A stretch of DNA of 64,000 bases from Candidatus Omnitrophota bacterium (GCA_030650425.1 JAUSED010000012.1:142107-206106), one strand, 5' to 3'; counted from the stretch's first letter, positions 38,976 to 47,620 are shown. The notes: a model not told the origin generated them from the sequence alone. Made by a program: numbers and translations.

Positions 38976-40328
38976 TTGATTCTAGGATTATTTTTTAAGA
39001 AGCCTAATCTCTGGGGAATATTCGCTCTTATAGGGATTATTCTTGCCGCAGCCTTTCTGCCTAAAAGCTTCCTGGCTCGGCCGCCGATATTTTCCGGCTT
39101 ACTGGTGAATGAAACTTTTTCCGCTTTCTTTAAGGGAATATTCCTTTTGATTTCTTTTATCGCTGTGCTTATCTCAATGGGCTATAAATTATTTACTAAA
39201 GAAAATAGCGCGGAGTATTATTTTTTGCTTCTTGTGAGCACTGTGGCGATGATGCTGGTTGCCTGCGCGAATAATTTAATGGTGATTTATGTGGCGTTGG
39301 AGGCTGTTTCCCTAACTTCCTACATCTTGGTAGGTTTTCTTAAGCGCGATAACTTATCAAATGAAGCGGCTTTAAAATATTTTCTTTTTGGCACGCTGGC
39401 AACCGGCATCATGCTTTACGGGATCTCGTTTATCTACGGTTTATTCGGCACTACGGATCTTTCTATTTTGCACAGCGGATTGGCCAGTGGCGGCGCAAGC
39501 AGCCTTCTTGTTTCTGTTGCCTTGCTCTTGATTTTTAGCGGCATTGCCTTTAAATGCTCGCTTTTCCCATTCCATATGTGGGCGCCTGACGCGTATGAGG
39601 GAGCGCCTACCCCTGTTTCGGCATTCATATCAGTGGGGCCAAAGGCTGTGGGTTTTGCCATCCTACTCAGAATTTTTATGCAGGATATTTTTCTTCTCTT
39701 TCCCGCTTGGGTGCATTTTTTTACTTTTGTATCAATTGCCACCATGACCGTAGGAAACATCATTGCGCTTTCTCAAGACAATATAAAGCGGATGCTCGCC
39801 TATTCTTCTATCGCGCAGGCCGGGTATATTTTAATCGGTTTTGTCGCAGGAGCGGAATTAGGGACCAAGGCAGTATTGTTTTATATTTTTTCATATGCCT
39901 TTATGAATCTGGGCGCCTTCGGTTGCGTAACTCTCATTAACAATTCCATCAGAAGCGATTTGATCAAAGATTATGCCGGATTGCACAAAAAAGACCCGCT
40001 CTCGGCATTTATGCTGACTGTATTTTTATTATCCCTTGCCGGGATACCGCCGCTTGCCGGTTTCCTGGGAAAATTTCTCTTATTTTCCGCGGCTATTCAA
40101 ACGAACCTCATGCTACTTGCGATCGCGGCTGCCATAAATAGCGTGATTGCGTTTTACTATTATATCAATGTGATTAAATGCATGTATATCGATGAGCCGA
40201 AGATTTTAACTCTCCAGCCAAAACCAACCGCGCTCCAGATAGCCTTGATTGTTGCGCTTATCGGCGTATTAATTATGGGTATTTGGCCGCTTCCTTTTCT
40301 CAACCTCGTTAGTGCTTCAATTCATTAA
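38976..40328 (+). CDS. nuoN: NADH-quinone oxidoreductase subunit N. The true start is probably upstream: the frame is open from 38874 with a NuoN-like N-terminal sequence.
   Basis: WAPDAYEGAPTPVS motif. The TTG start in the track lies inside a conserved-looking N-terminal helix. Confidence 0.8.
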   Translation: MILGLFFKKPNLWGIFALIGIILAAAFLPKSFLARPPIFSGLLVNETFSAFFKGIFLLISFIAVLISMGYKLFTKENSAEYYFLLLVSTVAMMLVACANNLMVIYVALEAVSLTSYILVGFLKRDNLSNEAALKYFLFGTLATGIMLYGISFIYGLFGTTDLSILHSGLASGGASSLLVSVALLLIFSGIAFKCSLFPFHMWAPDAYEGAPTPVSAFISVGPKAVGFAILLRIFMQDIFLLFPAWVHFFTFVSIATMTVGNIIALSQDNIKRMLAYSSIAQAGYILIGFVAGAELGTKAVLFYIFSYAFMNLGAFGCVTLINNSIRSDLIKDYAGLHKKDPLSAFMLTVFLLSLAGIPPLAGFLGKFLLFSAAIQTNLMLLAIAAAINSVIAFYYYINVIKCMYIDEPKILTLQPKPTALQIALIVALIGVLIMGIWPLPFLNLVSASIH

Positions 40329-40391
40329 AAAAGGGGACGGTTCTATTTTTCCGGCATTAGACGAAAGAAAAATAGAACCGTCCCCTTTTTT
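40327..40391. terminator. Near-perfect hairpin (22-bp stem, 17-nt loop) flanked by an A-run and a T-run, built from two inverted copies of AAAAATAGAACCGTCCCC. Likely a bidirectional rho-independent terminator after nuoN.
   Basis: Read directly: aaaaaaggggacggttctattttt … aaaaatagaaccgtcccctttttt. Confidence 0.7.
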
Positions 40392-40511
40392 CTGTACCAT
40401 AAACAGGTAGAAATAAGTCAGTAAGAAGAGGAATTATCCTATTCAATTATTTAGAATATTGTATAATATAAATGTAATATTTATTAATAATGCAATAATA
40501 TAAAAGAGGAG

Positions 40512-40958
40512 GTGGATATGTTTAGAAGCGGGATATTCTGTTTGTTGATCGCGATGGCCTTAGTTTTAACCGGATGCGAAAGCATGGGGCCTAAGACAAA
40601 GACCGGGGCTGTGGCTGGAGGGTTAATTGGTGCTACTGCCGGAGGGATAATCGGGCACCAGAGCGGAAGCGGCTTAGGGGGGGCTGCGATAGGCGGGGTA
40701 GTAGGAGCGCTTAGCGGCGGATTAATCGGAAGCGCGATAGATGATTCTGACAAGAAAGCGTTGGCAGTAAATTCTGATTATCTGACTTTAACAAAAATTG
40801 CGGAGATGGGAGATCAGGGTGTGCCTGATTCCGTGATTATCAATGAAATTCAAAGGACGCATTCCACCTATCGGCTTAACTCCGAGATTATCAGTTATTT
40901 AAAGCAGCATAAGGTAAGCAATCGGGTAATTGATTACATGCTTCAGGTCGGCGGATAA
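40512..40958 (+). CDS. Lipoprotein with a glycine-zipper segment and a ~55-aa C-terminal module shared with the next gene
   Basis: LTGC lipobox. GxxxG-rich run (GAVAGGLIGATAGGIIGH…). C-terminal VPDSVIINEIQRT…VIDYMLQ. Strong SD aagaggagg. Confidence 0.55.
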   Translation: MDMFRSGIFCLLIAMALVLTGCESMGPKTKTGAVAGGLIGATAGGIIGHQSGSGLGGAAIGGVVGALSGGLIGSAIDDSDKKALAVNSDYLTLTKIAEMGDQGVPDSVIINEIQRTHSTYRLNSEIISYLKQHKVSNRVIDYMLQVGG

Positions 40959-40992
40959 AAGCTGCTCTTGCCTTTTATCTAAAGGAGGGGAA

Positions 40993-41463
40993 ATGAGATT
41001 CCCAAAAATAAACTTAGCAGCAGGTGTGGTTTTTACGCTTTTAATCTTTTTAACACAAAATGCTTACGCCAATGGCGGCCGCGGCCGCGGCCACGGACGC
41101 GATGATGATTATGGCAACCGGAAAAGATATTACAGGTACCAGCGTTATTACCCTACGAGTTATTACTATTACCGAAAACTATATTTTTATCCGCATAAAC
41201 GATATTATTACTACTATGATGTTTATCCCGGGAAAATATATTACTATAACTGGGAAAAAACGACTAGCGTCAATAATCCGGCTTACCTGCCGGTTACCAG
41301 CATTGTGAATATGGCATCTCAGGGAGTGCCCAGCTCGGTGATTATTTCCGAAATAGAGCGGACAAAGTCAATTTACAGGCTTGATGCGGATACGCTAGTT
41401 TACTTGCAACAGAACGGCGTAGGCGATTCGGTAATTGATTATATGCTTTCAACCAGCCGATAG
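40993..41463 (+). CDS. Secreted protein with an extremely Tyr-rich basic segment and the same C-terminal module as the ORF at 40512. The start is refined to ATG 40993.
   Basis: SD aggagggg. Signal peptide. YYRYQRYYPTSYYYYRKLYFYPHKRYYYYYDVYPGKIYYY. C-terminal VPSSVIISEIERT…VIDYMLS. Confidence 0.5.
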   Translation: MRFPKINLAAGVVFTLLIFLTQNAYANGGRGRGHGRDDDYGNRKRYYRYQRYYPTSYYYYRKLYFYPHKRYYYYYDVYPGKIYYYNWEKTTSVNNPAYLPVTSIVNMASQGVPSSVIISEIERTKSIYRLDADTLVYLQQNGVGDSVIDYMLSTSR

Positions 41464-41474
41464 GGGGGGGGGAC

Positions 41475-41957
41475 ATGAATAGCCAATTAAAAATAAGGTT
41501 AAGTTTGTTTTTTTTACTCTTTGGGTTGGTAACGTTAGTTTATGCCGCGGGAACGAGTTCTTCGTCTTGGGGCAGCAGAAAAAGCTCAAACACTAGCCAA
41601 GAAGCGGCCTCCGTAAGTCTGTATGACCAAGGGGTAGCAGCGCATAAGAACGGGGATTATCAAAAAGCCAAGAGATTGTTCGAACAGGCATTAAGAGAAG
41701 ATAGCAATAATCCCGATATACTTAACATGCTCGCCCACACACAACTTAAACTTGGGATGATTGATCAATCACTGGCGAATTACAAGAGGGCTTTAAGTAT
41801 ACGTCCGAGGTTTCCGGAAGCAAGGGAGTATTTAGGGGAGGCTTATATCCAAGCCGCACTGCGCGAAATCGAAACCCTCAAAGGCTACGGCACAGAAGGG
41901 GCAGAACAATTAGAAGACCTGGTGAAAGAATTTAAAAAGGCAGCCGGGACATTGTAG
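41475..41957 (+). CDS. Secreted TPR-repeat protein
   Basis: Signal peptide. TPR-like helices (AKRLFEQALRED…, LANYKRALSIRP…). Confidence 0.55.
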   Translation: MNSQLKIRLSLFFLLFGLVTLVYAAGTSSSSWGSRKSSNTSQEAASVSLYDQGVAAHKNGDYQKAKRLFEQALREDSNNPDILNMLAHTQLKLGMIDQSLANYKRALSIRPRFPEAREYLGEAYIQAALREIETLKGYGTEGAEQLEDLVKEFKKAAGTL

Positions 41958-41975
41958 TTTAAAAAAGGGATAAAT

Positions 41976-42107
41976 ATGGCTACCAAGTGCATAGGGGAGA
42001 AATACCGTTGTAATGTCTGCGGGAATGAAGTAACTGTAACCAAGGCAGGCGGAGGAGAGCTTGTTTGCTGCAACCAGCCAATGGAAAAAATCTCGGAATC
42101 AAAGTAA
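41976..42107 (+). CDS. dsr: Desulforedoxin (Dx), a 43-aa rubredoxin-like FeCys4 protein. It is absent from the ORF track because it is shorter than 60 aa.
   Basis: My translation is MATKCIGEKYRCNVCGNEVTVTKAGGGELVCCNQPMEKISESK. The CxxC…GGG-LVCC signature matches desulforedoxin and domain I of desulfoferrodoxin. Confidence 0.6.
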   Translation: MATKCIGEKYRCNVCGNEVTVTKAGGGELVCCNQPMEKISESK

Positions 42108-42129
42108 ATACAGCATAAGGATTGGCAAG

Positions 42130-43395
42130 ATGAAGAATGGCGTGGTTAAAGTCAAACAGCAGGTTAATCAGATTGCTGATTTTGACTCCTTTACTATAAT
42201 GGGAGACCCTGGATGTGATGGGCTCGGCGCGGAAATAATGGCCACCTTTGCCAAAGGGCTAACGGCGACGCGTTCAGATTTTGCAGTGATCTTGGGAGAC
42301 ATTGTTGCGATCAGTGAAGAGGTGCTTTATCAACGCATAAGTGAATTCATCAATATGATCGCTCCCTATCCAACTTATCTTGTATGCGGCAATCACGATA
42401 CAGATTATTATCAAAAATATTTTGGTCTCAAGGATTACCTGCTTGTTAATGACAGGATATTATTTGTTGTGCTTGATAATTCTACGCGGAAGTTTGAAGA
42501 AGCTACCCTTGACTTTTTGCAAAAGAGCCTGAAAGATTACGCGCGTGATAATATCATCTTGATGTTTCACATACCGCCCCCTACTGGTATGACTTTTAAC
42601 ACAGTAACGGCCGAAGAATGGGAGAAAGTCGCGTCAGTCTATCGTCCCTATAAAGAGAAGATAAAATATCTTTTGAGCGGGCATGTGCATACCTATTTTG
42701 AGGATATGGTTGATGGTATCCGGATGATTGTATCTGCCGGCGCCGGCGCGCGGCTTGAAAATATCAATAAACCGGTTGATAAAATGAAAGCCTTCCATCA
42801 TGTGCTCCGGTTCTTTTTTGACGCCGCAGGAGTCCTTAAGTTCGAACATATTACGCTGGACGGTAAACTCTACAAAAAGGAGTTATCCGATCGGTCATTA
42901 AGGAAAATACTGCAGGAGGCATTTCAGGATGAGTGCGAGGCCTACGTGAAATACAAGTTGTTCGCGCAAGATGCCCTTGAAAAGGGGCTTGGCGGAACAG
43001 CAAAGCTATTGAGGGCGATAGCCGAATCAGAGTTCTATCAAGCCCGTAATCATTTTAATAATCTTAATTATCTGAATACGGTTCTGAATAACCTGGAAGA
43101 TTGCCAAAATAACGAGGACCGGGAGATACGCCAGAAGTACCCGGGCTATCTATCTTTGGCTGAAAAGAAAAAACACGGGCTGGCAAAATATACTTTCTTT
43201 GAGGCCCTTGAGGCGGAAAGGGTGCACAAGGGATTATTTGAGGAAGCAGTAAAGGCGGCAAAAAGCGGTAAGGATATCGAGTTGGCCCAATATTATACCT
43301 GTAGTTCCTGTGGTTTTAGCGTTAGAGGCACAGAGTTACCAACGAATTGTCCTATTTGCGGCGCGCCTATCGATAAGATATTTGAGGTTCATTGA
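42130..43395 (+). CDS. Fusion protein: an N-terminal calcineurin-like metallophosphoesterase domain and a C-terminal rubrerythrin (ferritin-like diiron domain plus a rubredoxin-like CxxC…CxxC). The start is refined to ATG 42130.
   Basis: Metallophosphoesterase motifs GDPG, LGDIV, GNHD and GHVH. Rubrerythrin-like E…Y / E-x-x-H helices, then CSSCG…CPICG. Confidence 0.65.
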   Translation: MKNGVVKVKQQVNQIADFDSFTIMGDPGCDGLGAEIMATFAKGLTATRSDFAVILGDIVAISEEVLYQRISEFINMIAPYPTYLVCGNHDTDYYQKYFGLKDYLLVNDRILFVVLDNSTRKFEEATLDFLQKSLKDYARDNIILMFHIPPPTGMTFNTVTAEEWEKVASVYRPYKEKIKYLLSGHVHTYFEDMVDGIRMIVSAGAGARLENINKPVDKMKAFHHVLRFFFDAAGVLKFEHITLDGKLYKKELSDRSLRKILQEAFQDECEAYVKYKLFAQDALEKGLGGTAKLLRAIAESEFYQARNHFNNLNYLNTVLNNLEDCQNNEDREIRQKYPGYLSLAEKKKHGLAKYTFFEALEAERVHKGLFEEAVKAAKSGKDIELAQYYTCSSCGFSVRGTELPTNCPICGAPIDKIFEVH

Positions 43396-43484
43396 TATAG
43401 CCCTCTTTCGTATTAAATTCTTCTTTTTAAATTCCAAGCAGTTTACATATATTCCCTTAATATTTTACTATATCTTGAACTTCA

Positions 43485-43512
43485 TTGAAGATGTGATCCT
43501 CTATGGTATAAT
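43485..43512 (+). promoter_or_regulatory. Candidate promoter: TTGAAG, 16-nt spacer, extended -10 (TGGTATAAT)
   Basis: Read directly. Lies 78 nt upstream of the small ORF at 43590. Confidence 0.35.
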
Positions 43513-43589
43513 ATTTTTTGAAATCTAATGCCCCCGGGATTGTATTAGTTTCGCTTAATTGATTAAGATTGAACGTAAAAGGAGGTTAA

Positions 43590-43742
43590 ATGAGGATTCA
43601 GGCATATCAGATGGTAGCAGTATTAGGTTCGTTACTTCTTATGGTTGCAGGATTATTGAGGATGGTGCGCTCAGGTAGCCCTAAGGAACTGGTAGTTGCC
43701 ATTTTGTACTTTTTCGCGAATATTCTTATATTTTGTTTCTAA
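43590..43742 (+). CDS. 50-aa hydrophobic small membrane peptide, absent from the ORF track
   Basis: Strong SD aaaaggagg 7 nt upstream of the ATG. My translation is MRIQAYQMVAVLGSLLLMVAGLLRMVRSGSPKELVVAILYFFANILIFCF. Confidence 0.35.
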   Translation: MRIQAYQMVAVLGSLLLMVAGLLRMVRSGSPKELVVAILYFFANILIFCF

Positions 43743-43788
43743 TTTTTCAATAGTTACGCAATCTCTAGGTAAAGAAAGGGGAGAGGAG

Positions 43789-44457
43789 ATGAAACGTTTT
43801 TTATGGGTTTTTCTAGGAGGGTTAATCTTTTTAGCGGCGTTGAGCAGCTTTATTCTTTTCGAATACCGGTTGCACGATACTTTTAGCAGAATCAGGGAAC
43901 GGCTGATACTTATCGCTTCAAATGCCGCGATCAGCATAGATGCGGACGAGATACTTAAGATACCGTTAGTGCAAAGAAGCGAAGGGATTCCGGAATACAT
44001 GGCAGTGTACCGAAAACTGGTCAAGGTCAAAGAATCTAATCCCTCCGTCAAATATGCCTATATAATGACTACTACTGACCAGCCGGGAATCCTGCAGTAT
44101 GTGGTTGATGCTGATCCGGTTCCGGAGATAATTACCGCGCACTGCCCTACCGCGCTGCCCGGAGATAAGTATGACGCGCGCAATCTTCCTGAAATGCTGG
44201 AGGCTTATAGCGGGCCTACCGCGGATAGAAAAATCACTACTGATGTGTGGGGCGTATTTATTTCGGGGTACGCGCCTATCCGCGATGCCAGCGGAAAGGC
44301 AGTAGCTATTTTAGGCGTGGATACCGAAGCTGGTTTTGTGCGGAATATGCGAAAAGACGCTAAACTCGCCGCAAGAATAGCCTTATTAGCGGGGTTGTTA
44401 TTTCTCGCCTCGCCGCTTAGCTTAATTAAATTTTCCGGCAGGGAAGGCGTAAACTAA
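43789..44457 (+). CDS. Membrane-anchored periplasmic Cache-like sensor-domain protein with no output domain. The start is refined to ATG 43789.
   Basis: SD ggggagagga. N-terminal TM helix. Cache-like fold signature (…ILGVDTEA…). Confidence 0.45.
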   Translation: MKRFLWVFLGGLIFLAALSSFILFEYRLHDTFSRIRERLILIASNAAISIDADEILKIPLVQRSEGIPEYMAVYRKLVKVKESNPSVKYAYIMTTTDQPGILQYVVDADPVPEIITAHCPTALPGDKYDARNLPEMLEAYSGPTADRKITTDVWGVFISGYAPIRDASGKAVAILGVDTEAGFVRNMRKDAKLAARIALLAGLLFLASPLSLIKFSGREGVN

Positions 44458-44481
44458 AGATTTTTATCTATATGCGTAATG

Positions 44482-44516
44482 AATATTGCTATATGCATTA
44501 TGCATATAGCAATATT
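44482..44516. terminator. Perfect 17-bp-arm palindrome (aatattgctatatgcat t atgcatatagcaatatt) between convergent genes. Likely a bidirectional terminator or an operator.
   Basis: Read directly. Confidence 0.5.
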
Positions 44517-44544
44517 TGTTTAATAAGCAGGAAGGGGCTTAACT

Positions 44545-45003
44545 TTACTTGATTAGCGCTTTATCGTTCTCAGCTAATTCACCGCAGAAAATCCACAGCG
44601 AAATCTGTAACCGCTCATCGATGATTCTGATTATCTTCCCATCCTTTTGAAGATCTTCTCCTTTATCGATATCCTTTGCCTTAGCTTTGTCCTTGAATAA
44701 GAATATCAGCTGGTAAACAACATTATTTTTTGTTTTTTGGGGTTCTGTGGTTATCTGATAATAAGTCCCTTTCCGGTCGTTAGTTGTATCAAAAAGGTCG
44801 TACTCTCCAACATTGTTTACCTTCCCGGCCGCGGAAACCTCTTTACTTAAATTATCTTTTAATATCTGATCCCTCTGCAGGTCAGTCGCCTTATAGAAAT
44901 TATCAACTAACCCTCCGATATCCATTGTTTCAGCATAGGTAAACTTACAGGCTCCGAGAATAAAAATTAAAAAAAACGCGCAAACTGCCAATATTTTCTT
45001 CAT
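44545..45003 (-). CDS. Lipoprotein of unknown function
   Basis: Signal peptide with LGAC lipobox. SD ggaggaaaaa. Confidence 0.5.
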   Translation of the reverse strand: MKKILAVCAFFLIFILGACKFTYAETMDIGGLVDNFYKATDLQRDQILKDNLSKEVSAAGKVNNVGEYDLFDTTNDRKGTYYQITTEPQKTKNNVVYQLIFLFKDKAKAKDIDKGEDLQKDGKIIRIIDERLQISLWIFCGELAENDKALIK

Positions 45004-45061
45004 TTTTTCCTCCTCGTAACATTATACTTTTAAAAGAATAAATTTCAAGTATTTAAAAAGC

Positions 45062-45090
45062 TTGACAACTATATGCTAAGTACATATAAT
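45062..45090 (+). promoter_or_regulatory. Consensus sigma70 promoter: TTGACA, 17-nt spacer, TATAAT
   Basis: Read directly. Lies upstream of the TolC-HlyD-ABC operon. Confidence 0.55.
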
Positions 45091-45140
45091 TATATCCAAA
45101 TGAATATTATTATATGCAAAAGGAATATAGCTACTAAAAG

Positions 45141-46775
45141 ATGAAACAGTTTTCAAAGAATACGCTTAAGCTCCTGAAACTTTTTTACGCCCATCCCCAA
45201 GAGCAATATTATATCCAGGAGCTGGGAAGGCTGCTTAAACTTAAGCCGGGAGTTTTCCAGAGGACCCTTTATAATCTTCAGAGAGAGGGGGTGCTGAAGA
45301 GTTACTACAGGGCAAACGCCCGCTTCTTTAGCGCAAATACGAAGTATCATTTCTACAAGGAATTCAAGAGTATTGTCCAGAAGGCCTCTAAGTTTGCGGT
45401 AATCGCGGTTACTTTAGTCATGTTTTTATTTAACCTGAGAGCAGGTTTTTGCGAAGAGGGGAAAAGCGGCGCCTTGACGCTTTCGTCGCTAAAAGAGGCT
45501 GTCCAGATAGCCTATAAGTATAATAAAGATATCCAGATCCAGGAGTATTCGCTTAAAGTAGCTAGCGCGGATATATTAAACGCCAGAAGTGAATTCCTGC
45601 CAAAGGTTGATTTTAATGCCGGCTATACGCGTAACGCCGACGTATTAAAAAGCACCGCCAGCACAAAAAAAGATATCGGTGTATTTACCGGTTATAAAAA
45701 CAATAATAATATGGGTGTCAGCGTAACCGACACTATATATAACGGCGGAGCTAATATTGCCAGCCTAAGACAGGCGCAGCTTGCCTTAAAAGAACAAAAT
45801 GAGACTTTGCGAGCGATCAGGCTGAATGTCGAACTTGAAGCCAGGAGGCTTTATTACGGGCTTTTGCTGGCCTACGAAACAAAACGTATTGCCGAAGACC
45901 TTGTGGCGCAGGCAGAGAGCCATTACGAGGAGGTAAATAATAATTTTAAACAGGGGACGGCTTCAAGGTTTGATGTCTTGCAATCCAAGGTGCAGGTTTC
46001 CCTATTGGTGCCGCAGTTAATCAACGCCCAGAATTCCATAGACCTGATTATGGCGGAAATGAATAAATTACTTGGCCAAAAGGTGGGTGATAAAATCACG
46101 GTCAATGATAAATTGATTTATGATCCATTTGAAATCAAAGAGGAGGCGTTCCTGCAAGAGGCTTATTTGAATGAGCCGGAGATGATTTTAAAGGCCTTGG
46201 GCATAGATATCAGCAAATGGTCGATTAAATACGCCCGGGCAGGCTGGCTGCCGCAGATCGAGACCAACGCGGAGTATACTTATCAATCTAACAATCTCGG
46301 GAATATGTTCAATAACAGGCATAATAATTGGAATATCGGTTTTGCCGTGCGCCTGGCTATTTTCGACGGGTTCTCAACTAAGGCAAAGGTAGATGCCGCG
46401 AAGGCAAAATATATGCAGGCGGTCATCGGGAAAGAAAATCTGGCTGACCAAGTAGCCGTTGATCTGCGGCAGGCTTGCCTTGATTTAACTCAGGCAGCCG
46501 CAATCATAAAATCACAGGAAGACAATCTTCAGGATGCCAAAGAGGCCCTGCAGATTTCTTATGTGCGTTTCAATAACGGAGTGGGGATCAATTTAGATGT
46601 AATGGATGCCCAGGTATCTTTGGCTAATGTGCAAAAGAATCTGGTCGAGGGAACTTATGATTATATTATGGCCAAGGCAAGGCTGGATAGGATTATGGGA
46701 AGAAGTTTTATGGAGACACCCGACGCTGATCCGAATTGCGTCGGTGTTGTCCCGGTGGACAAGGAGGTTAAATGA
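45141..46775 (+). CDS. TolC-like outer-membrane efflux protein. The first ~85 aa look like a cytoplasmic winged-helix DNA-binding domain; the start or a gene fusion is questionable.
   Basis: Two TolC-like repeats of coiled-coil plus beta segments, seen in the typical OEP pattern. A signal-like segment (AVIAVTLVMFLFNLRAGFC) occurs only at residues ~85-105. Confidence 0.65.
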   Translation: MKQFSKNTLKLLKLFYAHPQEQYYIQELGRLLKLKPGVFQRTLYNLQREGVLKSYYRANARFFSANTKYHFYKEFKSIVQKASKFAVIAVTLVMFLFNLRAGFCEEGKSGALTLSSLKEAVQIAYKYNKDIQIQEYSLKVASADILNARSEFLPKVDFNAGYTRNADVLKSTASTKKDIGVFTGYKNNNNMGVSVTDTIYNGGANIASLRQAQLALKEQNETLRAIRLNVELEARRLYYGLLLAYETKRIAEDLVAQAESHYEEVNNNFKQGTASRFDVLQSKVQVSLLVPQLINAQNSIDLIMAEMNKLLGQKVGDKITVNDKLIYDPFEIKEEAFLQEAYLNEPEMILKALGIDISKWSIKYARAGWLPQIETNAEYTYQSNNLGNMFNNRHNNWNIGFAVRLAIFDGFSTKAKVDAAKAKYMQAVIGKENLADQVAVDLRQACLDLTQAAAIIKSQEDNLQDAKEALQISYVRFNNGVGINLDVMDAQVSLANVQKNLVEGTYDYIMAKARLDRIMGRSFMETPDADPNCVGVVPVDKEVK

Positions 46776-47620
46776 AGAAAAAAATAAAGTTTATTATTAT
46801 TTTAATAATTTTAGCAATCGCAGCGAGCGCGGCTGTAGTTTACTTGATTAAGGAAAACTCTGGCAATGGAAAAGTAATCAAAGTTTCCGGTAATATCGAA
46901 GGGGACGATGTGCGTATATCTTTCAGAGTGGCAGGGCAGATCGAAGAACTTTTGACTGATGAGGGAAAGATTATCAAGAAAAATGATATTGTCGCCCGGC
47001 TCAAAAAGGATGAATTAAGCAAAGTTCAGGCGGAAGCGGCGGCGGCGCTTAAGCTGGCCGAGTACCAATATAAACTGGATTATGATGATTATCTAAGGGC
47101 CGAAAACTTACTTAAGGCCGGCGCGATTTCAGCGCAAAAACGCGACGCGGCTAAGACACTGGCGGATACTGATTTGGCAAACATAAAACAGTTGAATGCC
47201 TCTTTGGAATTAGCTAACACAAAATTAGGCTGGACAGATCTAGAGAGCCCGCTTGATGGCTATGTGTTGGTAAAAAGCGCTTTAGCCGGCGAGGTAGTGC
47301 AGGCAGGGACTCCGGTTTTTACCGCCGTAAACCTCGATGACCTCTGGGTTACTGCTTATATCAATGAAACTGATTTGGGTAAAGTAAAATTAGGGCAGAA
47401 GGTATATGCGCAGACCGATACTTATAAGGGTAAGAAATATGACGGTTGGGTTTCCTTTATCTCTTCGCAAACTGAATTCACTCCTAAGTTTATCCAGACT
47501 ACCGAAGAAAGAGTAAAATACGTTTACAGGATAAAAGTGAGGGTTAACAATTCCAGCCTTGACCTCAAACCCGGGATGCCTGCGGACGCCTACATTATCA
47601 TTAATAATTCCCTGCAATGA
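46772..47620 (+). CDS. HlyD-family periplasmic adaptor (membrane fusion protein)
   Basis: N-terminal TM helix, coiled coil, and a beta-barrel/lipoyl-like segment. ATGA overlap with the upstream gene. Confidence 0.8.
   Translation: MKKKIKFIIILIILAIAASAAVVYLIKENSGNGKVIKVSGNIEGDDVRISFRVAGQIEELLTDEGKIIKKNDIVARLKKDELSKVQAEAAAALKLAEYQYKLDYDDYLRAENLLKAGAISAQKRDAAKTLADTDLANIKQLNASLELANTKLGWTDLESPLDGYVLVKSALAGEVVQAGTPVFTAVNLDDLWVTAYINETDLGKVKLGQKVYAQTDTYKGKKYDGWVSFISSQTEFTPKFIQTTEERVKYVYRIKVRVNNSSLDLKPGMPADAYIIINNSLQ

Noticed and set aside
39434-39940. Minus-strand and alternate-frame ORFs (109, 67 and 77 aa) inside nuoN
   Set aside because: They are fully embedded in a well-supported nuoN coding frame with no start signals. 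They are typical shadow ORFs.
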